A DNA stretch of 37,035 bases from an uncultured Clostridia bacterium (GTDB lineage Bacteria > Bacillota > Clostridia > Christensenellales > UBA1242): contig CALWOY010000055.1 of assembly GCA_944383255.1 (NCBI GenBank), positions 1-37,035 on the forward strand, read 5' to 3'. A program made the translations under genes and the position numbers. Below the pieces are notes generated by a model. The model saw nothing but the letters and a program-made list of their open reading frames with translations. It did no database searches and was not told the origin of the DNA. Below are positions 36,387 to 37,035 of this stretch, one piece after another (the first letter of the stretch is position 1; each line of letters starts with the position of its first letter).

Positions 36387-36398
36387 AAGGAGAATTTT

Positions 36399-37035
36399 AT
36401 GGTAGAACAAATAAATCAAATGCGTACTGAAGCAAATGGTAAGATTGACGCTTGTAAAGACTTAAAATCTTTGAATGATATTAGGGTTGAGTATCTTGGC
36501 AAACAAGGGAAACTTACAAATCTTTTGCATTCTATGAAAGACATCAATAAGGAAGATAGACCTAAGATTGGTCAACTTATAAATTTGGCAAGAGAAGAAA
36601 TAGAAAACAAATTAAAAAATTTGCAAATCAATCTAAACGAAAGAGCACTAGAAGAAAAAATGTCAAAAGAGAAAATTGACATAACAGAACCTTCTAAAAT
36701 AATTGAAAAAGGAGAAATACATCCCTTGCATAAAGTATTTGATAAACTAATTGATGCTTGTGTTGCCATGGGCTTTACTGTGATTACAGGACCAGAAGTT
36801 GAATATGATTATTACAACTTTGAAGCCTTAAATGTACCAAAAGATCACCCAGCACGTGACATGCAAGATACATTCTTTATAACTGACAATATCTTGCTTC
36901 GCTCTCAAACATCGTCTGTTCAAGTTAGAGCAATGCAATCAATGAAACCACCATTTAAAATTGTTAGCCCAGGTAGAACCTACAGAGCAGACAGTGATGC
37001 AACACATAGCCCAGTTTTTCACCAATTTGAAGGGC
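36399..37035 (+). CDS. pheS: Phenylalanine--tRNA ligase alpha subunit, runs off the window end
   Basis: Not in the ORF track; translated by hand from ATG 36399 after AAGGAG: RVEYLGKQG, HP, GPEVE, YNFEALNVPKDHPARDMQDTF, LLRSQTS, DATHSPVFHQFEG. Confidence 0.97.
   Translation, partial: MVEQINQMRTEANGKIDACKDLKSLNDIRVEYLGKQGKLTNLLHSMKDINKEDRPKIGQLINLAREEIENKLKNLQINLNERALEEKMSKEKIDITEPSKIIEKGEIHPLHKVFDKLIDACVAMGFTVITGPEVEYDYYNFEALNVPKDHPARDMQDTFFITDNILLRSQTSSVQVRAMQSMKPPFKIVSPGRTYRADSDATHSPVFHQFEG

Noticed and set aside
1-37035. CRISPR array, prophage, IS element, toxin-antitoxin or defence system
   Set aside because: No repeat-spacer array, transposase, integrase or such ORF was seen, and the intergenic gaps are too short to hide one.

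Overview
Gene-dense, strongly AT-rich core-genome window from an endospore-forming Bacillota (Clostridia-like) bacterium; the taxon is inferred from gene content. Order on +: secD-secF, recJ-rel-hemZ, rpsO-pnp, ylxY/swsB-like, ftsK/spoIIIE-rimO-pgsA-cinA-recA, a class A PBP (-), miaB-mutS-mutL-miaA, a small islet (DUF4097-like lipoprotein on -, MerR regulator on +), six tRNAs (-), spoIIAA-spoIIAB-sigF, an orphan Gly/Tyr-rich lipoprotein (-), spoVAC-VAD-VAE, yunB, an RluA-family gene (-), and a Phe T-box with the 5' part of pheS. I see no CRISPR array, transposase, integrase or phage gene. The most unusual signals lie inside intact housekeeping genes. SecD and SecF lack the three charged residues needed for ion coupling, Rel has a degenerate hydrolase domain but an intact synthetase, CinA has lost both catalytic motifs, and MiaB has no TRAM domain. 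Also notable are the orphan lipoprotein with a prion-like tail between sigF and spoVA, a possible pseudoknot in a tRNA spacer, a non-canonical T-box terminator and several apparently leaderless genes. All family assignments come from motifs recognised by eye; no database search was run.
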